The notes: generated by a model not told the origin, from the sequence alone. Positions 1-11,348 are shown, numbered from the stretch's first letter. The stretch is 64,000 nucleotides of DNA from an uncultured Planctomycetota bacterium (GCA_963849325.1 CAWKHF010000007.1:320001-384000), one strand, 5' to 3'. Numbers and translations: made by a program.

Positions 1-283
1 CAAGTTGGATTACGTGAATGCCGATGGCGACATCTCGAACTACTATCCAGACTTCTTCGTGAAAGTCAGTGACAGAGAAATCTTCATCGTCGAGACGAAG
101 GGGCGTGAAGACCTCGACGTACCGCTGAAGATGGCCAGACTGAAACAGTGGTGCAAGGACATCAACAAGTCCCAGGACAATGTGCGCTTCGATTTTGTTT
201 TCGTGGACGAGGAAGGCTTTAACAAGTACCAGCCGAAAACATTCGCTGCCTTGCTCAAATCGTTCCGGGAGTACAAGGATTAG
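1..283 (+). CDS. Type III restriction-like endonuclease (Res subunit), C-terminal part, truncated by the window edge
   Basis: YYPDFFVK...FIVETKGRED is the PD-(D/E)xK nuclease motif typical of type III Res C-termini; stop at 281-283; visibly lower GC than neighbours. Confidence 0.75.
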   Translation, partial: KLDYVNADGDISNYYPDFFVKVSDREIFIVETKGREDLDVPLKMARLKQWCKDINKSQDNVRFDFVFVDEEGFNKYQPKTFAALLKSFREYKD

Positions 284-321
284 AAAATCCGTGTCGAAAA
301 GAAAAAGAATCGAGACTACCC

Positions 322-2696
322 ATGACACGTTTTGGCCTGCTCGCCGGACTCGTGATTTGCTGGCCCGCCCTCTCGATCGCCGCGGACAGTCCGGCTGAAA
401 AAGACACGGCGGCGCAGCTGCGCACTCTGGATGCCAACGTCTTTCCGCACGACGAGGATCAGGCCCGGGAACGGGCACGGATGCTGTCGCGCGACGTGCG
501 GAGCCGGCTCCAGGCTGCCAGCGTGCGCGAGAACCGGGCCTGGCAACAAGTGAAGGATCGCGCCGGCTGGGAGAAGTTCCGCGATGCTCGTTTACAAGCA
601 CTTCGCGCCTCGCTGGGGCAATTCCCCGATCCACCGAAGGACCTGCACGTGCGCGTCACGCGGACCCTCGAAGGAGACGGCTACCGCATCGAGAACCTGG
701 TGTACGAGACGCGACCCGGCCTGGTGGCGACGGCCCATCTCTACGTGCCGGCAAAGCCAGGCCGATCCATGCCCGGACTTGTGATCGTCCACAGCCATCA
801 CGCTCCCAACACGCAGGGCGAACTGCAAGACATGGGCATGTCGTGGGCACGGCAGGGCTGCCTGGTGTTGATACCGGAGCTGCTCGGCCACGGCGAGCGC
901 CGTCAGCACCCCTTCCGCACCAGCACGGACTACGAGCGGCCCTTCCGCGTCGGTCGTCAGGATTACTACTTCCGCTACAACACTGGTTTGCAGCTGCACC
1001 TGATCGGCGACAGTCTCATGGGCTGGCTGGTCTGGGATGTGAGGCGCGGCCTCGATCTGCTGCTGTCGCGGCCGGGTGTCGATAAGGAGCGAATGGTTCT
1101 GCTCGGCGCGGTGGCGGGCGGCGGCGATGTGGCGGCGGTGACGGCTGCCCTCGATCCGCGCGTCAAGGCCGTGGTGCCCTTCAATTTCGGCGGCCCGCAG
1201 CCCGATTACGCTATCCCCGCCAATGCCGAACGCGACTTCTACTATTTCAGCGTCGCCGACTGGGAATCGACGCGCTGTCTGCGGCGGGGAGCGCGCGACG
1301 GCTTCGCCCACTGGCTGATCGTCGGCTCCGTGGCCCCACGACCTCTGATTTATGCTCACGAATTCGCCTGGGACCGCGGCACGATCCCGTTTGGCCGCGC
1401 CTGCAACAGATCTTCGGCTGGTACGATGCCGGCGGTCATTTGGCCGCGACCTTCGGCAGGGGCAGCGTCCGGGGCACGCCGCCGGAAAGCTCGCACTGCA
1501 CCAACATCGGCCCGCTGCACCGCAGCAAGATCTATCCCCTCCTCCAGCGCTGGTTCGACATACCGATTCCGCAGGAATACAGCAAGCGCCGGACGGCGGA
1601 CGAGCTACTCTGCCTGACGCCGGAGGCGGTCCAGGCGTTTCATCCGCGTCCGCTGTACGAGCTGGCGGCGGAGATCGAAGCGCGCCGCCACGCCGCTGCC
1701 CGCCGTCGCCGGGCCGACCTTGACCCCGAAGAACAACGCCGGCAGCTGCGCCAGGAGTGGGCGCGGCTCCTGGGCGACGTGGAGCCGAAGGTTGAGCCGA
1801 AGGTCCGCGCGCGGCAAAAGCAGACCTTGGAGAGCTTGACGATCGAGCGGCTGGCTCTGGAAGTAGAGCCGGACATCGTTGTGCCGCTGGTCTTGCTGAT
1901 GCCGCCGAGCCAGTCGGGCAAGCGTCCGCCGGTGGTACTGGGACTGGCGCAGGACGGCAAGCACGGCTTCCTGAAACATCGCTCCGAGGTGATCGCGGAG
2001 TTGCTCGCCGGCGGCGCGGCTGTCTGCATTCTCGATGTGCGGGGAACGGGCGAGACACGGCCTGCGGGCGACTCGCGCCGCCATACGGGATCGAGCACGA
2101 CGCTGTCGGCCACGGAGGCGCTGCTGGGTCAGACGCTCCTCGGCTCCCGGCTGCGTGATGTCCGCTCGGCACTGCGCTACCTGCGCGGCCGTCGCGACCT
2201 TGAGGCACGCCGCCTGGCCCTGTGGGGCGACTCCTTCGCGCCGACCAATCCTCCCGACCGGAATATGGCTGTGCCTCTCGAAGTCGATCCCTTCCCCGCT
2301 CTCGCCGAGCCGCTCGGGGGTCTGCTGGCACTGTTCGGCGCCTTGTTCGAGGACGATGTTCGCGTCGTCCACATCCGCGGTGGCTTGGCCAGCTATGATG
2401 CACTGCTGCACAGTTCGTTTTGTTACGTGCCGCACGATGCCCTCGTCCCTGGCGCACTGACAGCGGGGGATCTGAGCGATGTGGCCGCCGTACTGGCACC
2501 AAGAGCTTTGCGTCTAGAGGGTCTGGTCGATGGCCTCAACCACGAAGTGCCTACCGAGACTGTGGCCCGAATTTACGAGCCGGCTCACCGCGCGTATCGA
2601 TCCGGGAAAGCCGAAGCCCGTCTTCGCGTGGGAGGAAAAAAGCGACAAGCGGAGTCGGCCGGTCACTGGCTGCTGCACTGGCTGGCCGGCGATTAA
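322..2696 (+). CDS. Secreted tandem alpha/beta-hydrolase (acetylxylan esterase-like), frameshift near 1378
   Basis: Signal peptide; GYRIENLVYETRPG, LMGWLVWDVRRGLDLL, GAVAGGG; the second hydrolase domain is in ORF 1440..2696; the frames join as AWDR.HDPVWPRLQQIFGWY. Confidence 0.75.
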
Positions 2697-2795
2697 GGCC
2701 TGGCAGTTGGCGCACGCTTGGTTGGCTTGGCTTTCCATGCGAAGCAATTCGACGACGCAGCCGCGAAGACGACACTACCGCCGTGAATCGCTACG

Positions 2796-2833
2796 CCGCA
2801 AGCGGCTTGAACAACCGGCGCGGCCGCTTGCGG
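2796..2833. repeat. Short REP-like palindrome
   Basis: CCGCAAGCGGC ... GCCGCTTGCGG, 11-bp inverted repeat, intergenic. Confidence 0.55.
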
Positions 2834-2925
2834 TTTCCCTTAGGACGGCGAGCCGCTATCATAGGTCGCCCGCCGATGGCGCGGCAGGGATGGATCGATC
2901 CTGTTTTCACGGAGGAGTACGCGGC

Positions 2926-4275
2926 ATGTGGCAACGGCACGGACCTGGCGCGCTGGTGGCGCTGACCATCCTCATCGGTGGTTGCGGCAAAAGTGACGGC
3001 CCCTCGCAAGGGACGGCGAATCCCGCTCCCGCTGCCCCGGTGCAGATGAGCATCCCGTCCGGCGACTCGCCGGCCACCCTGGGACCGGACACCATCCAGG
3101 CGGCGATGGAGCGGGCCGGCACCGGCGTTCAGCTCGCCAAGCTCGACCTCAGCCCGGCCGGACTGCCCTTGACCATGAACGCACCCGAGGGGGCGAAAGT
3201 CCAGAAAGACAACCTGGACATTCAGGTCACGTCCGGCGATCGTTTCGCCGTCCGCATCCAACTCGGCAAGCGCCGCCTCGAACGCAAACGGCAGCAGATG
3301 GCGGGGCAACAAATCCTCGTCAACGCCAAAGACCTGGTCCTCGCCGAATCGTCGCTCCTGCTGGCGGTGCGCTGCGAGTTCGCTCGGCATCTGGTCGTCG
3401 GCCATCAGGATTACTGCGTCGAAAACGTCGCCCCGGTCTACGGCAAGCAGGTCAACCACAGCCAGGCCGACTGCCTGCTGATGCTCCACTGTGTCGGCAC
3501 CCTGGCGCCTTCGGCGCCACTGCCGGATGAACCCGTGGCCGCCCTCCAGCAGCTCAAGGCCCGCGTCACGAAGGGTGCCGATGGCCGCGCGACCGGTATG
3601 GCCCTCGCCGCCGATCAGACGACCGACGCCACGCTCGCCCTGGTGGCGAAGATTGCCGGACTCGAACGGCTGGACCTGCACGGCTGTCCGATCACCGACG
3701 AGGGACTGCCTCACCTCGCCGGCCTGACCAGCCTGAAGACCCTCATTCTGTCGGACTGCGAGTTCACCGATGCGGGCCTGTCTTCGCTGGCCGGGTTGAC
3801 CAACCTGGAGGAGCTGCGTCTGGCGTCGTCCTTCGGCGACAGCCCGCAAATCAAAGGGCCGGGACTCGCCGCCCTCGCCGGCATGACAAAGCTGCAAGTC
3901 CTCGTACTCGACAAGGACCTCGTGGACGACGCGGCCCTGGTTCATTTGAAAAACGTGAAGGGACTTCGCGAGCTGCACCTGGAGCTGACGCACGTGGCCG
4001 GTCCCGGTTTGGCGAACCTGAAAGAGTTGAAGGACCTCCAAACGCTCAATCTCGGCAACACGCCGTTGACCGACGCCGCCCTGGCGAACCTCGCGGGCCT
4101 GACCGGGCTGAAGCGCTTGCTCCTTGAAGGGACGCAGGTGAGTGACGCGGGGCTGGAGCACCTGCACGGGTTGAAGGGACTCCGGCAAGTGGCCCTGGCC
4201 CGGACGAAGGTGACGCAGGCGGGTGCGGACATGCTCAAGGCGGCCCTGCCGGGCGTCGAAATTACGATCAAGTAG
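2926..4275 (+). CDS. Leucine-rich-repeat lipoprotein
   Basis: GGAGGA RBS at 2911-2916; lipobox LIGGC; C-terminal repeats LxxLxLxxxxITDxGLxxL. Confidence 0.85.
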   Translation: MWQRHGPGALVALTILIGGCGKSDGPSQGTANPAPAAPVQMSIPSGDSPATLGPDTIQAAMERAGTGVQLAKLDLSPAGLPLTMNAPEGAKVQKDNLDIQVTSGDRFAVRIQLGKRRLERKRQQMAGQQILVNAKDLVLAESSLLLAVRCEFARHLVVGHQDYCVENVAPVYGKQVNHSQADCLLMLHCVGTLAPSAPLPDEPVAALQQLKARVTKGADGRATGMALAADQTTDATLALVAKIAGLERLDLHGCPITDEGLPHLAGLTSLKTLILSDCEFTDAGLSSLAGLTNLEELRLASSFGDSPQIKGPGLAALAGMTKLQVLVLDKDLVDDAALVHLKNVKGLRELHLELTHVAGPGLANLKELKDLQTLNLGNTPLTDAALANLAGLTGLKRLLLEGTQVSDAGLEHLHGLKGLRQVALARTKVTQAGADMLKAALPGVEITIK

Positions 4276-4282
4276 AGGGCGT

Positions 4283-4349
4283 CGTTTAGCCGCGACGCGC
4301 AGCGGAGCGCGGGACAGACCCGCGCTCCGCTGCGCGTCGCGGCTAAACG
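4283..4349. repeat. Perfect 31-bp-stem hairpin (REP-like, possible bidirectional terminator)
   Basis: CGTTTAGCCGCGACGCGCAGCGGAGCGCGGG-ACAGA-reverse complement, between convergent genes; degenerate copy at 7884-7940. Confidence 0.85.
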
Positions 4350-4744
4350 GACTCCGATAATTCGTCCGATTGTTCTTTTCTCGCCGGCCGATGGCGATAC
4401 ATGAGGACGCCGGCCGCCACGAACAGGAACAGTCCGACATAAACGGCCAATCGTCCCGGTATCTCGTAAGGCGGCGTGCGCCAGGGCGGCGTGACGTGTT
4501 CCAGACGCTCGGCCAGCGCCGGGTCGCCCTGTCCTTTCGCCGCTTCGCGCATCTCGGTTTGCCATCTCTCCTGCTCCACCTGTCGCGGCGTGAGCGGCTT
4601 CGGCGGAACGTAATTCATGACCATATAGCCGCCGAGCATCAGCACCAGGCCGATGCCGGCCAGCAGCAGCGGCCGGCCCCAACCGTCCGACGCCGGTTCG
4701 TGCTTGCGTTGCGGTTCGTCGAGTTCGTGATCGAGGATCGCCAT
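4343..4744 (-). CDS. Hypothetical membrane protein (two TM segments)
   Basis: MAILDHELDEP...; hydrophobic LLLAGIGLVLMLGGY and LAVYVGLFLFVAAGVLMY; starts 7 nt after the phosphatase stop. Confidence 0.7.
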   Translation of the reverse strand: MAILDHELDEPQRKHEPASDGWGRPLLLAGIGLVLMLGGYMVMNYVPPKPLTPRQVEQERWQTEMREAAKGQGDPALAERLEHVTPPWRTPPYEIPGRLAVYVGLFLFVAAGVLMYRHRPARKEQSDELSESV

Positions 4745-4751
4745 CTCGCAC

Positions 4752-6050
4752 TCAGGAAATCTTGGCCACCAGCAGCGTACGGTCGTCGTGGGCCGGCTGG
4801 CCGCCGGTGAACGCATGCAAGGCGGCCAGCACGGATTCCAGCAGGTCCGAGGCGCCGATGGCGCAGGTCTCCAGCACCTGATCGAGCCGCGCCAAACCGA
4901 ACATCTCGCCCTGTTCGTTGTACGCCTCGGTGATGCCGTCGGTATACAACACCAACTCGTCGCCGGGCACGAGCCGGTACGTCCGATCGCGGTAGGTCTC
5001 GTTCGGCGAGATGCCCAGCGGCAACCCGGTCGCGCCGTCCAGCAGGGCCAGCGTACCATCGACGCAGCGTTTCAGTCGAGGCGGATTGTGGCCGGCCGAG
5101 GCGTAGGTCAGCGAGCGCTCGGCGGGATCGTAGATGCCGTAAAACGCCGTCACGAAGGTGTCCGATTCGGCCGTGTAGCGGGCGGCGAGGTGACGGTTGA
5201 CGTGGGCGAGCAGGTGGCCGGGCGGCGTCGCCGGGCCGGGGTGCGTGTGAGCCAGGCTGTGCGTCACCGCCATGAGTACGGCCGCCGGCGTGCCGTGACC
5301 GCTGACGTCGGCGATGAGAAGACCCCATTTGCCGTCGGGAAGCGGGAAGAAATCGTAGTAATCGCCGCCGGCCCGGTGCGATGTCTGGTAGGAGGCGGCC
5401 AGCGACAGCGTCGGAATGTCCGGCATCCGATGCGGCAGCAGCGAACGCTGGATGTCGGCGACCGCTTTCATCTCGTAATCGACGGCCTCGTAGGCCGTCT
5501 TGAGCTGCTCGGACAGGACGAGGTTGTGCGTGGCCCGGCCAAACAGGTTGCTCAACCAGACGATCTCGGGGAACTGTTCGTGGCTGAAGGCGTTGGCCTC
5601 CTGGCGCATGAGCAGGACCATGTTGAGGGCCACACCCTGGTCGTACATCGGGATCGCCAGCAGCGCGCGCATGCCGGCGACGTATTCGGCGGCGGGGTCG
5701 TCGTCGGGCAGCCGCACGTCGTCGAAAAGGCGCGGCTCGTCGCCATAGAGCAGCTCGGCGAACAGACCGCCCCGCCGCAGCGGGAGACGATCGCGCTCCT
5801 TCCAGGGATTGATGGCCTCTTTCCACAGCGAGCAGCGCGTCACGCGGAACCAGGGCGATTGCAGATTGCGGCGGCTGATCGACACCATGCGGTCGGTCGG
5901 CCGCAGCGTCCGCATGCGCTGGCCGTAGACCCGGCTCATCTCCTGCGGATCGGTCTGCCGGCTCATTTCCTTCATGGTTTCCACGATCAGGGCCAGACGC
6001 TCGCGCCAGTCGCGGGCAACCTCGTCAAACAACCCCCGTGCCGTACTCAT
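4752..6050 (-). CDS. SpoIIE/RsbU-type PP2C phosphatase with an N-terminal GAF-like domain
   Basis: IQRSLLP, GGDYYD, IADVSGHG, YASAGHNPP, LYTDGITEA and DDRT motifs. Confidence 0.9.
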   Translation of the reverse strand: MSTARGLFDEVARDWRERLALIVETMKEMSRQTDPQEMSRVYGQRMRTLRPTDRMVSISRRNLQSPWFRVTRCSLWKEAINPWKERDRLPLRRGGLFAELLYGDEPRLFDDVRLPDDDPAAEYVAGMRALLAIPMYDQGVALNMVLLMRQEANAFSHEQFPEIVWLSNLFGRATHNLVLSEQLKTAYEAVDYEMKAVADIQRSLLPHRMPDIPTLSLAASYQTSHRAGGDYYDFFPLPDGKWGLLIADVSGHGTPAAVLMAVTHSLAHTHPGPATPPGHLLAHVNRHLAARYTAESDTFVTAFYGIYDPAERSLTYASAGHNPPRLKRCVDGTLALLDGATGLPLGISPNETYRDRTYRLVPGDELVLYTDGITEAYNEQGEMFGLARLDQVLETCAIGASDLLESVLAALHAFTGGQPAHDDRTLLVAKIS

Positions 6051-6101
6051 GTTGTTTCTCCGGGGCGGTGGATGGCGACTCCTCTCCTATTATTCGCAAG
6101 C

Positions 6102-6163
6102 CTACAAGCCCGGAGCGTCCGCGACGGGTTTTTCAACCCGTCGCGGACGCTCCGAGCTTGTAG
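6102..6163. repeat. REP-like palindrome (AAGCCCGGAGCG family)
   Basis: CTACAAGCCCGGAGCGTCCGCGACGGGTT-TTTC-AACCCGTCGCGGACGCTCCGAGCTTGTAG; related copies at about 11944-11970, 21332-21374 and 39904-39955. Confidence 0.8.
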
Positions 6164-6367
6164 AAAATCGCGCCGGAGAGCCGGCTTGACGCTGATGAGG
6201 AGCATGGGTATTATCGAACCCGGTTTGACGGAGAGATGCAACCCAGGTAAAGCGGATCGGTTGCCTCGCTCTCCCCAACCGGCCCACGAATGGACTGACC
6301 ATCGAATGCCGCTTGACTCGCCGGCCACCCATGGACGGGCTTCCCTTGAACCCTCGACTCGATCCTC

Positions 6368-7252
6368 ATGCTGATACGGCGCAGTGCGTCGGCGATCCGC
6401 GTTCGGACGCCGGCCAAGGTGAACCTGTTTCTGGAAGTGCTGGCGCGGCGGGCGGACGGCTATCACGAGCTGGCGACCTTGATGACGGCCGTCAGCCTGT
6501 TTGACACCCTGGAACTCACGGAGGAACCGACGGGAGCAACGACGCTCCACTGCGATCACCCCTCTCTCTCGACCGGACCCGACAATCTCGTCTGCCGTGC
6601 CGTGGAGTTGGCACGGCGGCGTTCCGGTCGATCCGACGGCGTGACCATTCGCTTGTGGAAGCGCATCCCGATGGCGGCCGGACTCGGCGGCGGCTCCAGC
6701 GACGCCGCAGCCACGCTGGCCGGACTGAATCGACTGTGGAGGCTGGGCTGGGACCGCGAGGAGCTGGTCCGGCTCGGCGCCGAGTTGGGCAGTGACGTAT
6801 CGTTTTTTTTCGCCGGCCCGGCGGCGTGGTGTACCGGGCGCGGCGAGCGAATCGAACCGCTGCGGCTGGGCCGAGCGCTCGATTTCGTACTCGTCTTTCC
6901 GCCGCGGGGCCTGTCCACGGCGGAGGTTTTTCGCGGCGTGACGGTGCCGACCGAGCCGCGATCCGGCGCGGCGATTCGCCAGGCCGCCGCGTCGGGCGAT
7001 GCGAGAGAACTCGGCCGAGCGCTGCACAACCGTTTGCAGGCGGCGGCCGAGCGGCTTTGTCCCGAGGTGGCCAACCTCACCGCCCGGTTGGCCGGCCTGG
7101 GGCCGGCGGGACAGCTGATGAGCGGCAGCGGCAGCACCGTGTTCGCCCTCTGCCGCGATCCTGGCGAGGCCCTGACCCTCGCACGCGCGTTGCACGCAGC
7201 ACGGGACGAGCTGGGCGGCGCGCGTGTTTCTGTCGTTGGGAGTTGCGATTGA
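6368..7252 (+). CDS. ispE: 4-diphosphocytidyl-2-C-methyl-D-erythritol kinase
   Basis: [48 protein letters not shown]. Confidence 0.97.
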   Translation: MLIRRSASAIRVRTPAKVNLFLEVLARRADGYHELATLMTAVSLFDTLELTEEPTGATTLHCDHPSLSTGPDNLVCRAVELARRRSGRSDGVTIRLWKRIPMAAGLGGGSSDAAATLAGLNRLWRLGWDREELVRLGAELGSDVSFFFAGPAAWCTGRGERIEPLRLGRALDFVLVFPPRGLSTAEVFRGVTVPTEPRSGAAIRQAAASGDARELGRALHNRLQAAAERLCPEVANLTARLAGLGPAGQLMSGSGSTVFALCRDPGEALTLARALHAARDELGGARVSVVGSCD

Positions 7253-7280
7253 GTGTGCCACAGAAAAAAGGAGAACAACT

Positions 7281-7871
7281 GTGGTCATCACCGAAGTCCG
7301 TATCAAGCTCATGGAAGACAACAACGAGAACGAGCGCCTGCAGGCTTTCTGCTCGGTGACGTTCGATGACGCCTTCGTCGTGCGCGACTTGAAGATCATC
7401 GAAGGCACCAAAGGCTCGTTCGTGGCCATGCCCAGCCGCAAGCTGACGGATCGCTGTCCGGGCTGCGGCAGCAAGAACCACCTGCGCGCCCGCTTCTGCA
7501 ATGCCTGCGGCGGCAAGCTCGACGAGGACCGCGCCACCCGCGACGCCGACGGCCGCGTCAAGCTGCACGCCGACATCGCGCATCCGATCAACTCGGCCTG
7601 CCGCGAGGTCATCCAGACCGCCGTGCTCAAGGCCTATAACGCCGAGAGGGAACGCTCCAAGCAGCCCGGCTACGTCTGCACCTACGACGACTTCGACAGC
7701 GATTACGACGGTCCCGCCGCCAGCTACACGCAGATCGTCAGCGAGATGAACGGCGGCCGCGGTTATCGCACGCACGGGTCCGGCCGTGCGTCCCACGGCA
7801 GCCCGGCATCGAGCCAGGTCGCCGGTCGCGAAGACAAGCGCTCCGAGGGCTTCGGCGCCGGCATTCTGTGA
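7281..7871 (+). CDS. spoVG: SpoVG family nucleic-acid-binding protein with a Zn-ribbon insertion
   Basis: GTG start after [46 protein letters not shown]; insert CPGC...CNAC. Confidence 0.92.
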   Translation: MVITEVRIKLMEDNNENERLQAFCSVTFDDAFVVRDLKIIEGTKGSFVAMPSRKLTDRCPGCGSKNHLRARFCNACGGKLDEDRATRDADGRVKLHADIAHPINSACREVIQTAVLKAYNAERERSKQPGYVCTYDDFDSDYDGPAASYTQIVSEMNGGRGYRTHGSGRASHGSPASSQVAGREDKRSEGFGAGIL

Positions 7872-8036
7872 CCGTCAGAGATGCGTTTCGCCGTGGAGCG
7901 TGGGAGCGATCCCGCGCTCCGCGGCGCGTCGCGGCGAAACCTGGAGCCTGAGGTCTCTCTCCTTGCGTTCGGGGATGGCGGAGCTACAATCAGCGGTCGA
8001 TGGTTCCGCAACCCCGCTCCCGCAAGTGAGAAACCC

Positions 8037-10116
8037 ATGCCGAACCTCCGCGTCTCGTCCGCGCTGCTGCTCCTCGTCCTGTCTCGGCGTCCCCCTGCAG
8101 TGCGGCCGAACACACGTATGATCTGGTCGTCTACGGCGGCACGCCGGGCGGCGTCACGGCGGCGGTCCAGGCCGCCCGCATGGGCAAGACCGTCGTGCTG
8201 ATCGAGCCGGGCAAGCACCTGGGCGGCATGACCTCCGGCGGCCTCGGCGCCACCGACATCGGCAACAAGCGAGCCATCGGCGGCATCGCCCGCGACTTCT
8301 ACCGCCGCGTCCGCCGACACTATCAGGACGAGGCGAGCTGGAAATACGAGAAGCGCACCGACTTCAAGGGACCGGGCCACGATCGCGGCGAGGACACCGC
8401 CTGGACCTTCGAGCCGCACGTCGCCGAGCACATCTTCAACGACCTTCTCCGCGAGTACAAAGTTCCCGTCGTCCTCGACCGGCGGCTGAACCGCAAGGAC
8501 GGCGTCCGCAAGGACGGCCCACGTCTCATTTCGATGGCGATGGAATCGGGCGAAATCTACCGCGGCAAGGTGTTCCTCGACGCCACCTACGAGGGCGACC
8601 TGATGGCGGTGGCCGGCGTCTCCTACCACGTCGGCCGCGAGGCCAACAAGACCTACGGCGAAACCCTCAACGGCGTGCAGGTGAAGAACGCCTTGCACCA
8701 TCAGTTCATCAAGGACGATCGATCCCTACCTCAAGCCGGGCGAGCCGTCCAGCGGTCTGCTGCCGCGCGTCCACGCCGGCCCGCCGGGCATCGACGGCGA
8801 GGGCGACCGCCGCGTGCAAGCCTACAACTTCCGCCTCTGCGCCACCGATCGACCCGAGAACCGCCGGCCCTGGCCCCGGCCGGACGGCTACGACGAGAAG
8901 CAGTACGAACTACTGCTGCGGAACTTCGAGTCCGGCGATCATCCGTCTGCCCTGGAACCCGATCCTCATGCCCAATCGCAAGACCGACTGCAACAACAAC
9001 TTCGCCTTCTCCACCGACGACATCGGCGCCAACTACGACTATCCCGACGGCGATTATGCTACCCGCGCCCGCATCTGGAAGGAACACGTCGATTATCAGA
9101 AGGGGCTGATGTGGACGCTGGCCAACCATCCGCGCGTGCCGGACAAGGTGCGCCGGCATTTTCAGACATGGGGTCTGTCCCGCGACGAGTTCACCGACAC
9201 CGACAACTGGCCGCACCAACTGTACGTCCGCGAGGCGCGGCGGATGGTCGGCGCCTACGTCATGACCGAGCATAACTGCCGCGGCTCACGCCGGGCGGAG
9301 GACTCGGTCGGCCTGGCGGCGTACACGATGGATTCGCACAACACGCAGCGCTACGTGACCCGCGAAGGCCACGTCCTCAACGAGGGCGACGTGCAAGTCG
9401 GCGGATTTCCCCCTTATCCGATCTCCTATCGGTCGATGGTGCCGAAGGCGGCGGAATGCACGAACCTCCTCGTCCCTGTCTGCCTGTCGGCGTCGCACAT
9501 CAGTTACGGCTCGATCCGCATGGAGCCGGTGTTCATGGTGCTGGGCCAGTCGGCGGGCACGGCGGCGGTGCTCGCCATTGAGGAAGACGTGACCGTGCAG
9601 AAGGTGGACTATGGCAAGCTGAAAGAGAGACTGCTGCGGGAGGGGCAAATTCTCGACTGGACGGGACCGAGGCGCGAGGGCGGCATCGACGCGAAGAAGC
9701 TGGCCGGTATCGTGCTCGATGACGGCGCGGCCGAGCGCCAGGGCTTCGAGCAGACCAGCAGCGCCATCCCGCCCTACGTCGGCGACGGTTATCGTCACGA
9801 CGGCGGCCACGATCGCGGCCGGCAGCGGGCGCGCTACACGCCGGAATTGCCGAAGGCCGGCAAGTATGAGGTTCGCATCTCCTATTCTCCCGGTTCCAAT
9901 CGCGCCAGCAACGTGCCGGTGATCGTCCATCACGCCGAGAGCGAGACGACCCTCACGGTGAATCAGCGCAAGGCGCCGACGCTCGACCGGGCCTTCGTCT
10001 CGCTGGGCACGTTCCGCTTCGACAAGGGCAAGACCGGCTATGTCGAGATTCGCAACACGGACGCCGACGGCCATGTCATCATCGACGCCGTGCAGTGGTT
10101 GCCGGTGAACGATTGA
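8037..10116 (+). CDS. Secreted FAD-dependent oxidoreductase with a C-terminal xanthan-lyase/golvesin-like domain, frameshifts near 8095, 8717 and 8946
   Basis: [52 protein letters not shown]-terminal GKYEVRISY...IIDAVQW. Confidence 0.85.
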
Positions 10117-10353
10117 AGTTCCCCGCTTGCGAGGATGTGGTGCATCGGCCTCCCGACCGCCCGCTCCCGAAGTGTGGGCGAGGGGGGCAACAACTTCGAT
10201 TCCCACAAGACACGCGCGCACCCATTCTGACGAAGCGTGAAAGCCTCTCGAACGAGCGGAAAAGCGAGTTGCTCGGGCTTTGTGCATTTTCGTTTGCCGG
10301 AGGGCCATCGCGCTGGTACAGTGGCGTTTGGGTCCAGAGGGCGGCTTGAATTC

Positions 10354-10409
10354 CTACCTGGTATGTCCAAGTATTAGGGCGCGTCCTAATACTTGGACAT
10401 ACTAGGTAG
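10354..10409. repeat. AT-rich 25-bp-stem hairpin
   Basis: CTACCTGGTATGTCCAAGTATTAGG-GCGCGT-CCTAATACTTGGACATACTAGGTAG, one mismatch. Confidence 0.8.
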
Positions 10410-10537
10410 AAAATACGGGAAAACTCTTTTGCCGAAAAGCCGTTCCACCCAATTGACCCATTGGAAAGGTTGCGGATTAGGCCGCGCGCACCCTAATCAC
10501 CTGTTCGGCGAAGGAAGATCAGCGGGGTGTGCTTGAG

Positions 10538-11062
10538 ATGAAGCGATTCTCCTCGTGGGGCTGGATACTGGCCGTGGTTCTGCTCTCGGCAGTGCCACTT
10601 GGGTTCTACTTTCTCGATCGCTGGGGGGCGGAGGCCTGCACCCGGCGCGGGAAAGCCTTGGTTAACAGCAAGGAGTACCCCCAGGCGATTGAACTCTTCA
10701 GCAGGGCCATCCAGACCGACCCGAAGTACGCGCCGGCCTACCATGGGCGGGGGATGGCCTACTTAAACCAGGGAGAACACGACCGAGCCCTTGTGGATTT
10801 GAGCGAGGCGGTTCGCCTTGATGCCAACGATGCCCGCGCCCTATATCATCGGGGCGTGGCCTACTACCGGGTAGGGGATTATGATCGGGCGCTCACGGAC
10901 TTTACAGAAGCAATTCGCCTCAGCCCCGGTTCCGCAAACGGGTATCTGGCGCGAAGCAGTGTCTATGCCAAGCAGGGCGATGAGGCGCAGGCCAGAGCGG
11001 ATCGCTGCAAGGCAGTTGAGCTTGATCCCGCGCTGGAAAAGTCTGATGACGGGAAGCCGTGA
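10538..11062 (+). CDS. Membrane-anchored TPR protein
   Basis: N-terminal TM; repeats AYHGRGMAY...ALVDLSEAVRLD and LYHRGVAY...ALTDFTEAIRLSP. Confidence 0.9.
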   Translation: MKRFSSWGWILAVVLLSAVPLGFYFLDRWGAEACTRRGKALVNSKEYPQAIELFSRAIQTDPKYAPAYHGRGMAYLNQGEHDRALVDLSEAVRLDANDARALYHRGVAYYRVGDYDRALTDFTEAIRLSPGSANGYLARSSVYAKQGDEAQARADRCKAVELDPALEKSDDGKP

Positions 11063-11089
11063 GACGGGCCGAACCGTCATAAGGCTCTT

Positions 11090-11147
11090 GGTCAGAAAAA
11101 GGTGTCAGGAACCGTTTTCGATCCGAAAAGTATCCTTACACCTTTTC
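11090..11147. repeat. GGTGTCAGGAA-family repeat, copy 1 (imperfect palindrome)
   Basis: GGTCAGAAAAAGGTGTCAGGAACCGTTTTCGATCCGAAAAG repeated at 11788-11828 with two mismatches. Confidence 0.8.
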
Positions 11148-11348
11148 GCATCTCTTTTGAAAAAACCATTACGACTTAACGGCTCCCGGCACGGTATCTT
11201 GTGAAGAAAACGCGAAGAAAAGGGTCGGGAGTCGAATTAAGGCTAAAACGAGCCGAATAATCCGCTGCAGCGGACGCGGCGCGATCTTCGTCTGCGATAG
11301 ACTTCAGGAAACACTCGGACCAATTTTCTTGCCTGGCTGGGGGAGGCT

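Noticed and set aside
592-6374. Long antisense or alternative-frame ORFs (for example 592..2502, 2791..4440, 4788..6374, and similar ones across the window)
   Set aside because: Shadow ORFs expected in high-GC DNA; they overlap well-supported genes and have no motifs
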